This document shows, piece by piece, positions 17,105 through 27,241 of a stretch of 29,622 nucleotides of DNA. How positions within the stretch are numbered: the stretch's first letter is position 1; each line of letters opens with the position of its first letter. A program made the position numbers and the translations under genes. The notes below the pieces were generated by a model. The model did no database searches, was not told the origin of the DNA, and was given only the letters and a program-made list of their open reading frames with translations. Source of the DNA: a virus (Duplodnaviria; Caudoviricetes); the IMG/VR virus record IMGVR_UViG_3300017774_004999, positions 1 through 29,622 of that record. The stretch is one strand, 5' to 3'.

Positions 17105-20100
17105 ATGCCAGAGTCAACTAATCTCAACATTTCCCCATATTTTGATGATTTTGATTCCAACAAGAATTATCATAAAGTTTTATTCAAACCTGGATATCCT
17201 GTTCAGGCTAGAGAATTAACTACTTTACAATCTATTCTGCAAAATCAGATTGAGCAATTTGGAAATCATGTATTTAAAGAAGGATCTGTAGTAATTCCTG
17301 GGCAATTAAGTTATACTAATCAGTATAGATACGTAAAAATAGAAAATTCATATTTGGGTTTAGATGTAAGTGTTTATATTAATGATTTTATTGGGAGAAA
17401 AATAACTGGCAATGAATCCAAAGTACAAGCACAAATTTTATATGTGCTTCCACAAAATGAACTTAATAATGAATATACAACATTATATGTAAATTATTTG
17501 GCTTCAGGTTTGGGTGATCAAGAATTATTTTCCGATAATGAAAAACTAACTTTAGACTCAAGTTATTCACAGAATTCAGTTTTAATTCAAAGTGGAGAAG
17601 GGTTTGCAAATACAACTACATCTGCTACGGGAAATGGTTCAGCAGCGGTTCTTAGTAATGGAATTTATTTCTTGCGTGGATTTTTTGTTGAAGTAACCGA
17701 TCAAACACTTATACTAGATCCATATGCAAATAATCCAAGTTATAAAGTTGGATTTTCTATTATTGAAGAAACCATAACCGCAGATGAAGATGATTCTTTA
17801 AATGATAACGCAAAGGGATTTTCTAACTATGCTGCTCCCGGTGCAGATAGATTTAAACTAAGTACAATTTTAAGTAAAAAAGAATTAACTGACGTAGCAG
17901 CAGAAAATTTTATTAGTCTATTAGAAGTAAGAAATGGCGAATTAGTAAAAAATACAACTACAACATCACAATATAATGTTTTATCTACAGAACTTGCCAG
18001 AAGAACATCTGAAGAATCTGGAGATTATTATATTAGACCATTTGATGTTACTGTAAAAGAAACTTTAAATGACAATCTTGGGAATAATGGAGTATTTCAA
18101 CAAAATCAGTTAACTTACAATAATCAAACTCCAAAAGAAAGTTTAGGAACTTATAAGATTGGTGCAGGAAAAGCATATGTTAAAGGATATGAAGTAGAAT
18201 CTTTATCGGCAAATTTCTTAGATTTTGAAAAACCAAGAACAACAAAAACAATCACAGATGCAAGTCTTGCATATGTAACTGGACCAACGTTTACATTAAA
18301 TAATGCATTTGGATCTCCAAATCTAAATCTCGGAAATCCTTTTATCGTAAGTTTAAGAGATTCTAGAGTTGGAGTTGCTTCTTCATCTCTTCCCGGAAAA
18401 GAAATTGGATTGGCAAGAGTTTATGATTATGCGTTGGAGTCGGGATCTTACAACACAACCAATCTAAAATTAAATCAATGGGACATTTCATTATTTGATG
18501 TTGAAACATATACTGAAATTGCACTCAACCAAAATATATCCTTAACCACTCCAGTTCATATCAAAGGAAAATCAAGTGGTGCAACTGGTTATCTAAGATT
18601 TGATGTCAATAATGCCGGTATTCTTACTGCTTATGGTGTTAAGGGTTCTTTTGCTGCTAATGAAAAATTCATTTTCAATGGAATAGAAACAACAAGCAGA
18701 GTATCAACAGCGATTACTGAATATACAATACAAGATGTAGAATCATTATCAAATGTTAGTACATCTTCAACATCATTTACTGCAGATGTTGTACAATCAT
18801 CAATATACAATGTTGGTCTTGCTTCAATTACTGCAAGATCTGCAACTGGAATTAGTAGTATTAGTTTAAATGTAGGTAACAGCAACTTTGTGTTTACAAA
18901 TAATACAAAAGTTGGTGGACTTATAAAATATACAATTTCTGGATCTACAGTTCCAACATTTAATACTATTGTGACAGTATATGCAAATTCAATTGTTGTT
19001 ACTGGAGTTACAACAGTAACTGGAATTTGTGAGGGTTCTCCCCCTTCAACAGCAAATTCGGTAAGTGATCTAGCCATTCTAGGATCATCTTTCCAAACTT
19101 CTACTGACAATACATTATACACAAAACTTCCAAAGAACTTTATTAGTTCTGTAGATTTAACAGATTCTAACCTTACAATTAAGAAAGAATTTGCAGTTAC
19201 AATTTCAAGTAACCAATCAAATACATTAACTGCTGGTTCAAACGAAACTTTTTTACCTTTTGATGAAGAGAGATATGTATTGGTCAGATCTGATGGAACC
19301 TTTGAAACATTACGTTCAGACAAATTTTCATTTGATGCAACGGGTTCACAACTTACAATCTTTGGTTTAGGTGCAAATGATAGTGGATCTAGATTAATTG
19401 CAACTTTACGCAAAATCAAAGTTAAATCAAAAGTAAAAAATAAAAACAGAATTAAAACTTTAATTATTGCGAAATCAAAATATGAACATTCTGGAATAGG
19501 ATCAACTACCATCAATGATGGATTAACTTATGACACTTTTGCCTATGGAACAAGAGTTCAAGATGAAGAAATTTGTCTGAATGTCCCTGATGTAACAAAA
19601 CTGTATGGAGTTTTTGAGTCAACGACAACATCTGAGGCATCTTTATCATCGGTCACTTTTAGTTCATTAACTGGACCAACAAATAAAACTAGTGATTTAT
19701 TAGTAGGTGAAAAATTTACTGGTGGGACTTCTGGAGCTATTGCTATATTTACAAATAAAGTTAACGACTTACAAATTAATTACGTTTATCTGAATGATAA
19801 ATCCTTCCAACTAAATGAAGTTGTAACTTTTGAAGAAAGTGGAATACAGGCTACAATTTCAGCAATTACATTATCAGATAAAAATATTACATCAGATTTT
19901 ACTTTAGATGCTTCACAGAAGAATACAATCTACGATTACTCTAGGGTTGTAAGAAATCCAATATCAAAAGAACCAGCAAAACAAATCAAAATTGTTTTCG
20001 AATCTGCAAGTTTTTCGTCTTCAGACCTTGGAGATATTACAACTGTAAATTCTTACGGCAATTATGATTATTGTGACATAGCTCCAGTTGAAGGAAAACT

Positions 20101-23100
20101 TGCTAACAGCGATATTATTGATATTCGACCAAGAGTATCCGAATACGCAGTTACACCTGGATCTCGTTCCCCATTTGAATTTTTATCGAGAACATTCTCA
20201 GATTCCCAAAACTGCGGTAGAAATATTCTTGCGTCAGATGAATCAATTCTACTTTCATTTGATTATTATCTTGGACGAATTGATAGAATTTTCCTAACAA
20301 AAAATGGTGGATTACAACTTCTTACTGGTGAGCCTTCCGAAACACCAAGACCACCAAAATCTTTGGATAACACTCTTGAAATTGGATCAGTTTCACTTCC
20401 ACCATATCTTTGTGATGTAAGTAAAGCGTCAATAAGTCTAGTATCTCATAAGAGATATCAGATGACTGATATTTCTAGACTTGAAGATAGGATTAAAAAT
20501 CTTGAATCATACACTACTTTAAATCTTCTTGAGGCAAATACACAATCTTTAAGTATTAAAGATGTAAATGGATTGGATCGATTTAAATCTGGTTTCTTTG
20601 TAGATAATTTTAGAACAACTAATTTCCAAAATAAAACGACAACTATTAAGAATTCAATTGATCAAGAAAATCAAGAATTAAGGCCTTCTCCCTACTGCTC
20701 TGAAGTTGATTTATTAATTGGTTCTAAATCTTTAATTGGAATAGGATCTTCTGTAGATGTAAATGCAGATGTGAGATTTGTTTCAGATTTAATTGGAAAT
20801 AATGTAAGAAGAACCGGTCAAGTTGTTACACTAGATTATACTGAAGCTTCTTTTATAGTTCAACCATATGCTACACGAATTGAAAATGTAACCCCATATC
20901 TTGTAACAAACTATGAAGGAACTATTGTATTAACTCCATCATCGGATGTTTGGACTGATCAAGTTAGATTGGAACCAAGAACAATCACTCAAGATAATTT
21001 TACAGCAACTCAACAACAACTTACATCTCAAGGATTTGATCCTCAAACAGGCCTTGGTCCAGTTAATTGGAATTCCTGGCAAACAACATGGACTGGACAA
21101 TCCACCTCGCAAGCAATAGAAAATTCTGGTGATACTACCACAACATTCACTACTACTAGAACTACCGAAGAACAAATAAGAACAGGAACTCAATTACAAC
21201 TCAGAGAACAAGAAACAACAACTTCTCAAGGAGATTCTCTAATTTCTTCATCTCTTGTCACATTCATGAGATCAAGAAATATTGAATTTGTTGCTAAACG
21301 TTTTAGACCATATACTCAGGTATATTCTTTCTTTGATGGTGAAGATGTAAATTCATTTATTGTTCCAAAACTGCTTGAAATTTCCATGGTTTCTGGAATT
21401 TTCCAAGTAGGAGAAACTATAGTTGGAACGTTTGCAACATCATCAGTAAATCAAAATACAACACCAGGATCTACCCCAACAGAAATTAGATTTAGAGTTG
21501 CTACATCAAATCATAAGTATGGACCATTTAATGCTCCAACAGATGTTTACACAAACAATCCTTATGATCAGCAAACTACTGGAACTTTAACCTCAGTTTA
21601 TTCCGCAACTTCTACACTTCTTAACGTTGATATTACAAGTCTTTCTGAGCAAGTTCAAGGACAATTTTTTGGAAGAGTTCTTCCTGGATTGAAATTAAAA
21701 GGTTTGACTAGTGGTGCTGAAGCTACGATATCAAATGTTAGATTAGTATCGGATAATGTTGGTACAATTATTGGATCATATTTGATTCCAAATCCAAATG
21801 TTCCCACAAATCCCACTTTTGAAACTGGCATAAAAACATTCAAATTAACAAACGATAAAACAAATTCTTTAATAATTGGATCAGTATTTACTGAAGGTGA
21901 AGTAAATTATTATGCACAGGGTCTTTTAAATAATGTTAAAGAAACAATTACATCAGTTAGAAGTCCACAATTTACATCAACATCATTGTCGGATGCTAGA
22001 ACGCAATCAAATTCAACAACATCTTCAAGTTCAACTAGAGTACAACCCGTATTCATTACAAATACTATTATAGTTGAAGTTCCTGCGCCTGCGCCGCAGA
22101 CCGATCCTTTAGCACAATCATTTTTTATTCCAAATGGAAGTGGTTTATTTGTAACTAAAGTTGATTTATATTTTGTAGCAAAAGATGATACTCTTCCAGT
22201 CACAGTTCAACTTCGTCCAATGTCTCTTGGATTACCTACCACAAATGTATATCCATTCAGTGAAGTAAGTATTGATCCAAAAGACGTTAATATTTCTGAC
22301 GATGGTACAGTTAAAACTACAGTTACATTTCCTGCACCAGTATATCTTAGAGGAGGAGAAGAGCATTCAATTGTTCTTCTTTCACAATCAACTTCATATC
22401 AGGTTTGGATTTGTAGACTTGGTGAAATAGATAGAACAACTGCACAATTGTCAGAATCTCAACAAATTTTAGTAACTGAACAACCACTTTTAGGATCACT
22501 ATTCAAGTCTCAAAATGCATCAACTTGGACTCCAAGTCAATACGAAGACCTTAAGTTTACACTCTATCAAGCCGTATTTACTAATCAAATTGGAGATATT
22601 AATTTCTACAATCCACAACTTAGTATTGGTAATAAACAGATTGCAAATCTTTTGATAAATCCACTTGAAATGAATTCAAAAAAAATTCGCGTTGGTTTGG
22701 GAGCAACAGTAACAAGTACAAACTTTATTGTAGGTACAACTGTTGGACAATTAAATTCAAATGCAACTGGTAATTATGTTGGATCTGCTGGATCATGCAC
22801 AGGAAGTCTTACAATTACAAATTCTGGCATTGGTTATTCAAATGGATCTTTTAATAACGTTTCTCTAACAAATATAACCGGATCTGGTGTTAATGTCACG
22901 GCAAATATAACGATTTCTGCAAATGTTGCTGTCGCTGCAACAATTGCCGATGGTGGATCTGGTTATCGTGTTGGTGATGTTCTCAGTGTTTCTAGTCTCG
23001 GTGGAAGCACTCTTGGATCAAATATGAGACTTTCTGTTCCCCAAATTACAGGAATTAAAGAAATTATTTTAGACAATGTTCAAGGTACATTTACTACAGG

Positions 23101-24583
23101 TGCTGGAAGTACAATTACTTATGTTGCATCTGGAATTGGAGTAACAAGTCTGAATGGTGGCAGTGTAACCGCAAGCTATGTTACGGTTGATTCTGAACCA
23201 ACCGATGGGTTACATATCAAAGTAAATCATAAAAATCATGGTATGTATGCATTAAATAATAATGTTAATATCTCTGGAGTTTACTCAGATAAGACTCCAA
23301 CAACTCTAAATACTGCCTATGCAAAAGAGAGTTCTGGAAATATTATTCTCACAAATGCAAGTGGATTTGAAACATTTGAAAATGTAAGTATTGCATCTAC
23401 TAATCCTGGATATATTCAAATTGAAGATGAAATCATTGCTTATGAAGGAATTGTTGGTAACACACTTACAGGAATTACTAGGCAAATTGATCAGACAAAA
23501 TCATTCACATATGCAGCAGGAACTCCAGTATTCAAATATGAATTAAATAGCATTTCTCTCAGAAGAGTAAACAAAACACATACACTTCAAGATGTAGGAT
23601 TCTCGTCAACAAGAATTTTTGATTTGGATTATTACTATTTGAAGATTGATACAAGTTCTGCTGGTAATGTTGCGGCTTTACCACAGGGTCAAGTTGATAG
23701 AAGTGTTGCAACATCATTACCACCACTTTATATTAATCAAACAAAATCTGCAGGTGGTCCAAATATATACGCAACACAAAACATTCCATTTGAAATTATC
23801 AGACCTAATATTCAAATAATGAACTTATTAGCAACTACAGTTTCAGCATCGATTAGAACGGTAACTGGATCCAGTGTTGATGGTAATGAAGAATCATATA
23901 TGGATGTTGGTTATGAACCCATTGTATTGACTTCAAATAATTACTTATCATCTCCAAGAATAGTGGCTGCAACAATTAATGAATCGTCGGCTTTAACAAC
24001 TCTTCCTGGAAATAAGTCATTTACTATGAACATAAAAATGAGTACGATTGATCGCAATGTTTCTCCAGTAATTGATCTTGATAGAGTATCTGCAATCTTT
24101 ATTAGCAATAGGGTTAATAGTGCTATTGATGATTATGTAACTGATTTTAGAGTTTCTACACTTCAAGATGATCCCTCGGCATTTGTATATGCCTCAAGCC
24201 CAATTGCACTTGAAGTTCCAGCATCTTCTCTCAAAGTTATTGTAAGTGCATATGTCAACAGAGATAGTGATTTAAGATGCTTATATGCAATCATGAAAGA
24301 TCCAACTGAAAATCCAATTTATTATCCATTCCCAGGATGGAATAACTTAGATAGTCTAGGTAATGTAATTAATATTGCAAATAATGATGGTCTTTCAGAT
24401 GTTAAAGTTACAAAAACTGATAATCTTGCTAACCTGAGTCAAAATCTCAATTATAAAGAATATACATTCACCACAAATAATTTAACAGATTTTAGATACT
24501 TTAGTATTAAATTGATTGGATCTTCATCCGATATGGCTCATCCACCAAGATTAAAAGATCTGAGAGTTATTGCCCTTGCGTAA
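17105..24583 (+). CDS. Large virion structural protein, DUF4815/VrlC-like (2492 aa)
   Basis: N-terminal PYFDDFD..KVLFKPGYPVQARELTTLQSILQNQI, APGADRFK, DRFKSGFFVDNF, DPLAQSF, GSLFKSQNASTWTPSQYEDLKF and C-terminal PPRLKDLRVIALA. Confidence 0.8.
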   Translation: MPESTNLNISPYFDDFDSNKNYHKVLFKPGYPVQARELTTLQSILQNQIEQFGNHVFKEGSVVIPGQLSYTNQYRYVKIENSYLGLDVSVYINDFIGRKITGNESKVQAQILYVLPQNELNNEYTTLYVNYLASGLGDQELFSDNEKLTLDSSYSQNSVLIQSGEGFANTTTSATGNGSAAVLSNGIYFLRGFFVEVTDQTLILDPYANNPSYKVGFSIIEETITADEDDSLNDNAKGFSNYAAPGADRFKLSTILSKKELTDVAAENFISLLEVRNGELVKNTTTTSQYNVLSTELARRTSEESGDYYIRPFDVTVKETLNDNLGNNGVFQQNQLTYNNQTPKESLGTYKIGAGKAYVKGYEVESLSANFLDFEKPRTTKTITDASLAYVTGPTFTLNNAFGSPNLNLGNPFIVSLRDSRVGVASSSLPGKEIGLARVYDYALESGSYNTTNLKLNQWDISLFDVETYTEIALNQNISLTTPVHIKGKSSGATGYLRFDVNNAGILTAYGVKGSFAANEKFIFNGIETTSRVSTAITEYTIQDVESLSNVSTSSTSFTADVVQSSIYNVGLASITARSATGISSISLNVGNSNFVFTNNTKVGGLIKYTISGSTVPTFNTIVTVYANSIVVTGVTTVTGICEGSPPSTANSVSDLAILGSSFQTSTDNTLYTKLPKNFISSVDLTDSNLTIKKEFAVTISSNQSNTLTAGSNETFLPFDEERYVLVRSDGTFETLRSDKFSFDATGSQLTIFGLGANDSGSRLIATLRKIKVKSKVKNKNRIKTLIIAKSKYEHSGIGSTTINDGLTYDTFAYGTRVQDEEICLNVPDVTKLYGVFESTTTSEASLSSVTFSSLTGPTNKTSDLLVGEKFTGGTSGAIAIFTNKVNDLQINYVYLNDKSFQLNEVVTFEESGIQATISAITLSDKNITSDFTLDASQKNTIYDYSRVVRNPISKEPAKQIKIVFESASFSSSDLGDITTVNSYGNYDYCDIAPVEGKLANSDIIDIRPRVSEYAVTPGSRSPFEFLSRTFSDSQNCGRNILASDESILLSFDYYLGRIDRIFLTKNGGLQLLTGEPSETPRPPKSLDNTLEIGSVSLPPYLCDVSKASISLVSHKRYQMTDISRLEDRIKNLESYTTLNLLEANTQSLSIKDVNGLDRFKSGFFVDNFRTTNFQNKTTTIKNSIDQENQELRPSPYCSEVDLLIGSKSLIGIGSSVDVNADVRFVSDLIGNNVRRTGQVVTLDYTEASFIVQPYATRIENVTPYLVTNYEGTIVLTPSSDVWTDQVRLEPRTITQDNFTATQQQLTSQGFDPQTGLGPVNWNSWQTTWTGQSTSQAIENSGDTTTTFTTTRTTEEQIRTGTQLQLREQETTTSQGDSLISSSLVTFMRSRNIEFVAKRFRPYTQVYSFFDGEDVNSFIVPKLLEISMVSGIFQVGETIVGTFATSSVNQNTTPGSTPTEIRFRVATSNHKYGPFNAPTDVYTNNPYDQQTTGTLTSVYSATSTLLNVDITSLSEQVQGQFFGRVLPGLKLKGLTSGAEATISNVRLVSDNVGTIIGSYLIPNPNVPTNPTFETGIKTFKLTNDKTNSLIIGSVFTEGEVNYYAQGLLNNVKETITSVRSPQFTSTSLSDARTQSNSTTSSSSTRVQPVFITNTIIVEVPAPAPQTDPLAQSFFIPNGSGLFVTKVDLYFVAKDDTLPVTVQLRPMSLGLPTTNVYPFSEVSIDPKDVNISDDGTVKTTVTFPAPVYLRGGEEHSIVLLSQSTSYQVWICRLGEIDRTTAQLSESQQILVTEQPLLGSLFKSQNASTWTPSQYEDLKFTLYQAVFTNQIGDINFYNPQLSIGNKQIANLLINPLEMNSKKIRVGLGATVTSTNFIVGTTVGQLNSNATGNYVGSAGSCTGSLTITNSGIGYSNGSFNNVSLTNITGSGVNVTANITISANVAVAATIADGGSGYRVGDVLSVSSLGGSTLGSNMRLSVPQITGIKEIILDNVQGTFTTGAGSTITYVASGIGVTSLNGGSVTASYVTVDSEPTDGLHIKVNHKNHGMYALNNNVNISGVYSDKTPTTLNTAYAKESSGNIILTNASGFETFENVSIASTNPGYIQIEDEIIAYEGIVGNTLTGITRQIDQTKSFTYAAGTPVFKYELNSISLRRVNKTHTLQDVGFSSTRIFDLDYYYLKIDTSSAGNVAALPQGQVDRSVATSLPPLYINQTKSAGGPNIYATQNIPFEIIRPNIQIMNLLATTVSASIRTVTGSSVDGNEESYMDVGYEPIVLTSNNYLSSPRIVAATINESSALTTLPGNKSFTMNIKMSTIDRNVSPVIDLDRVSAIFISNRVNSAIDDYVTDFRVSTLQDDPSAFVYASSPIALEVPASSLKVIVSAYVNRDSDLRCLYAIMKDPTENPIYYPFPGWNNLDSLGNVINIANNDGLSDVKVTKTDNLANLSQNLNYKEYTFTTNNLTDFRYFSIKLIGSSSDMAHPPRLKDLRVIALA

Positions 24584-24585
24584 CA

Positions 24586-24819
24586 ATGAATATAAAATTT
24601 TCTAAAGTTGAAGGTTATAGTAGTTTAATTCGTGACAATTCTACGAATGCAATTCTCAATACAAACATGAGTGACTATCAAAATTATAAAAATTTAAAGT
24701 TAGCAAAGGAGTCTGAAGGCCAAAAATTTCATAAACTTGAAGATGATATGAGTAAAATGAAGAGCGATCTTGATGAAATTAAAAATCTTTTGAGGACTTT
24801 GACCTATGGATCCAAATAG
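24586..24819 (+). CDS. Small protein with a C-terminal coiled coil (77 aa)
   Basis: Starts 2 nt after the previous stop; heptad-like FHKLEDDMSKMKSDLDEIKNLLRTL. Confidence 0.8.
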   Translation: MNIKFSKVEGYSSLIRDNSTNAILNTNMSDYQNYKNLKLAKESEGQKFHKLEDDMSKMKSDLDEIKNLLRTLTYGSK

Positions 24820-25000
24820 CATTCAACTTACAAATTTGAATAAATCTTTTGAATATGAAAGAATTGCTCGTGATATAGATAGTATAATCAATATTGATGA
24901 ATTAAAGAATTTCGCTAAATCATTTGCAAAATTATACCTTAAGCAACAAGAAGTTTTATTAGAACTCAAATGGCCCAACCCAGTACAAGACAAGAACTAA
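24806..25000 (+). CDS. Small helical protein (64 aa), possibly NblA-like
   Basis: Overlaps both neighbours. Two predicted amphipathic helices, LTNLNKSFEYERIARDID and IDELKNFAKSFAKLYLKQQE. The ORF is likely real; the NblA resemblance is by eye only. Confidence 0.65.
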   Translation: MDPNSIQLTNLNKSFEYERIARDIDSIINIDELKNFAKSFAKLYLKQQEVLLELKWPNPVQDKN

Positions 25001-25815
25001 TTGATTATTGCAAAAGAAAATTGGGATATCCAGTTTTGGAAATCAATGTTGCTGATGAGCAGATAGAAGATCTTGTTGATGATGCGGTTCAGTACTTTCA
25101 AGAAAGACACTTTGATGGGGTTTATCAAACCTACATGAAGTATCAACTCACTCAAGATGATTTGAATAGGGGGAGATCTCGGGGTGGATCTTCTGGTTCT
25201 GTAGGAATTACAACTACAACCGTAACCGAAACCGTAGGATATACTACTTCATTTAAATTTGAAGAAAATGGAAATTATCTACCAGTTCCTCCATCCGTAA
25301 TTGGAGTTACTAAAATTTTTAAATTTGATGGAACCAATAGCATATCCCATAGCATGTTTAGTGTTAAATATCAGTTATTTTTAAATGATATTTACTATTG
25401 GGGTTCAACTGAACTTTTAACATATGCTATGGTTAAAACGTATCTAGAAGATATGGATTTCTTATTGACAACAGAAAAGCAAATTAGATTCAATAAGAGA
25501 CAAGATAGATTGTATATAGATATTGATTGGGGAAGCGCAGCTGTAGGAAATTGGATTATTATTGATTGCTTCAGAACTTTAGACCCAAATGATTATTCAA
25601 GAGTTTGGAACGATTCTTTCATCAAACCATATTTAACTGCATTGATTAAACGCCAGTGGGGACAAAATATGATGAAATTTACTGGTGTTAAACTTCCTGG
25701 TGGTGTAGAACTTAATGGAAGACAAATGTATGAAGATGCTCAAAGAGAAATAGATTTCATTATGGAAAGAATGTCAAATACTTACGAATTACCTCCATTA
25801 GACATGATCGGATAA
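24970..25815 (+). CDS. gp13: Neck protein, T4 gp13-like
   Basis: RQELIDYCKRKLGYPVLEINVADEQIEDLVDDAVQYFQERHFDG and KRQWGQNMMKFTGVKLPGGVELNG. Confidence 0.95.
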   Translation: MAQPSTRQELIDYCKRKLGYPVLEINVADEQIEDLVDDAVQYFQERHFDGVYQTYMKYQLTQDDLNRGRSRGGSSGSVGITTTTVTETVGYTTSFKFEENGNYLPVPPSVIGVTKIFKFDGTNSISHSMFSVKYQLFLNDIYYWGSTELLTYAMVKTYLEDMDFLLTTEKQIRFNKRQDRLYIDIDWGSAAVGNWIIIDCFRTLDPNDYSRVWNDSFIKPYLTALIKRQWGQNMMKFTGVKLPGGVELNGRQMYEDAQREIDFIMERMSNTYELPPLDMIG

Positions 25816-25816
25816 T

Positions 25817-27196
25817 ATGCTTAATCCATTTTTTCTTCAAGGATCTAATACCGAACAGTCGTTAATTCAAGATTTGATTAACGAACAAATTCGTATGTAT
25901 GGAGTTGAGATTTATTATATTCCAAGACAATATATAACAAAAAAAACTATTATAAGGGAAGTTATTGAATCCTCATTTAAACGCGCATATCCACTTGAAG
26001 CATATGTTGTTAATTATGATGGATATGGTGATAATACAACTATTCTTTCAAAATTTGGTATTCAAGCATTAAATGAATTAAAACTTTCAATATCAAGAGA
26101 AAGATTTGAAAATTACATACAACTTTTAGCTGTTGGTGTCAATAATATTGAACTTATAAGTAGACCAAAGGAAGGTGATTTGATATATTTTCCACTTGGA
26201 GATAGATTATTTGAAATTAAATTTGTAGAGCATGAGCAACCATTCTACCAATTGCAAGGAAATTACACATACGATTTAAAATGTGAATTATATAGATATG
26301 AAGATGAAGAACTTGATACTGGTATTGCAGACATTGATGATAATACTTTAACAGATGGTTATATCCAAACATTAAAATTGGTCGGAGTTGGAACTACGGC
26401 ATCTGCTATTGCTGGAATATTAAATGGTGGTGTGCGGTTAATTACCATCACAAACCGAGGTTATGAATATACATCTCTTCCACAAGTGGCAATATCTTCT
26501 GCACCATCTGGTGGATTAACAGCGGTAGGAATTGCAACATTTATTGACACAATTGTTGATTGTAATGGAATGACTTCAAATAAAATTCAAGGAGTTGAAA
26601 TTATAAATCCCGGATATGGATATACAGTTGCTCCTGGAATTGTATTTGTTGGTGGTGGTGGTGTCGGGGCAGCTGCAACTGCAGCAATATCAAATGGCAC
26701 TGTAGGAATTATTACCGTTACAAATGGTGGCGGCGGTTATGCAACATCACCAATAGTGACAATTTCAGCAGCTCCAGGTGGGGCAATTAATGCTAATGCC
26801 AGAGCATATATTAATACTGTTGGTGTTGTGACTGCAATCCGAATTATAAATGCTGGAGCTGGATACACTACCACACCAATTATTACTATATCAAGTCCAA
26901 CTTCTTCTGGAGTTGGAACTTATATAGATGGAGAAGTTGTCACTGGTAGCATTAGTGGAACAACTGCATTAGTAAAATCTTGGGATGCTCCTACAGGAGA
27001 ACTTAATATTTATAAAATTAATGGAAATTTTGTTAATGGTGATGTCATAACTGGATCTGGATCGTCAGCAACATATAAATTACGAACATATTCAACTGAT
27101 AATTTAGTTGATCTATATGCTGAAAATGGTGTTATTGAGTCTGAAGCCGACCAAATTTTAGATTTTTCCGAGTCTAATCCATTTGGAAATCCATAG
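25817..27196 (+). CDS. gp14: Neck protein, T4 gp14-like, with inserted Gly/Ala/Thr-rich repeats
   Basis: EQSLIQDLINEQIRMYGVEIYYIPR, RPKEGDLIYFP..LFEIKFVEHEQPFYQL and terminal DFSESNPFG. Confidence 0.93.
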   Translation: MLNPFFLQGSNTEQSLIQDLINEQIRMYGVEIYYIPRQYITKKTIIREVIESSFKRAYPLEAYVVNYDGYGDNTTILSKFGIQALNELKLSISRERFENYIQLLAVGVNNIELISRPKEGDLIYFPLGDRLFEIKFVEHEQPFYQLQGNYTYDLKCELYRYEDEELDTGIADIDDNTLTDGYIQTLKLVGVGTTASAIAGILNGGVRLITITNRGYEYTSLPQVAISSAPSGGLTAVGIATFIDTIVDCNGMTSNKIQGVEIINPGYGYTVAPGIVFVGGGGVGAAATAAISNGTVGIITVTNGGGGYATSPIVTISAAPGGAINANARAYINTVGVVTAIRIINAGAGYTTTPIITISSPTSSGVGTYIDGEVVTGSISGTTALVKSWDAPTGELNIYKINGNFVNGDVITGSGSSATYKLRTYSTDNLVDLYAENGVIESEADQILDFSESNPFGNP

Positions 27197-27212
27197 ATAG
27201 ATTATCTTTTTG

Positions 27213-27228
27213 TTAAATAAATTAAATA
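27213..27228 (+). promoter_or_regulatory. Tandem late-promoter boxes upstream of gp15
   Basis: TTAAATA at 27213-27219 and 27222-27228, followed by an AAGGA RBS-like sequence and ATG 27242. Confidence 0.6.
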
Positions 27229-27241
27229 AGGAACTGTTAAC

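Noticed and set aside
18631-19515. 294-aa antisense ORF inside the 2492-aa gene
   Set aside because: In this register antisense stops need Tyr, His or Gln codons after specific bases, which are scarce in this Ser/Thr/Gly/Val-rich stretch. The product looks like a shadow translation and has no evident expression signals.
6952-22203. Other short nested ORFs of 62-97 aa on either strand within gp7, gp8 and the 2492-aa gene
   Set aside because: Fully contained in long, well-supported genes, of lengths expected by chance and without motifs.
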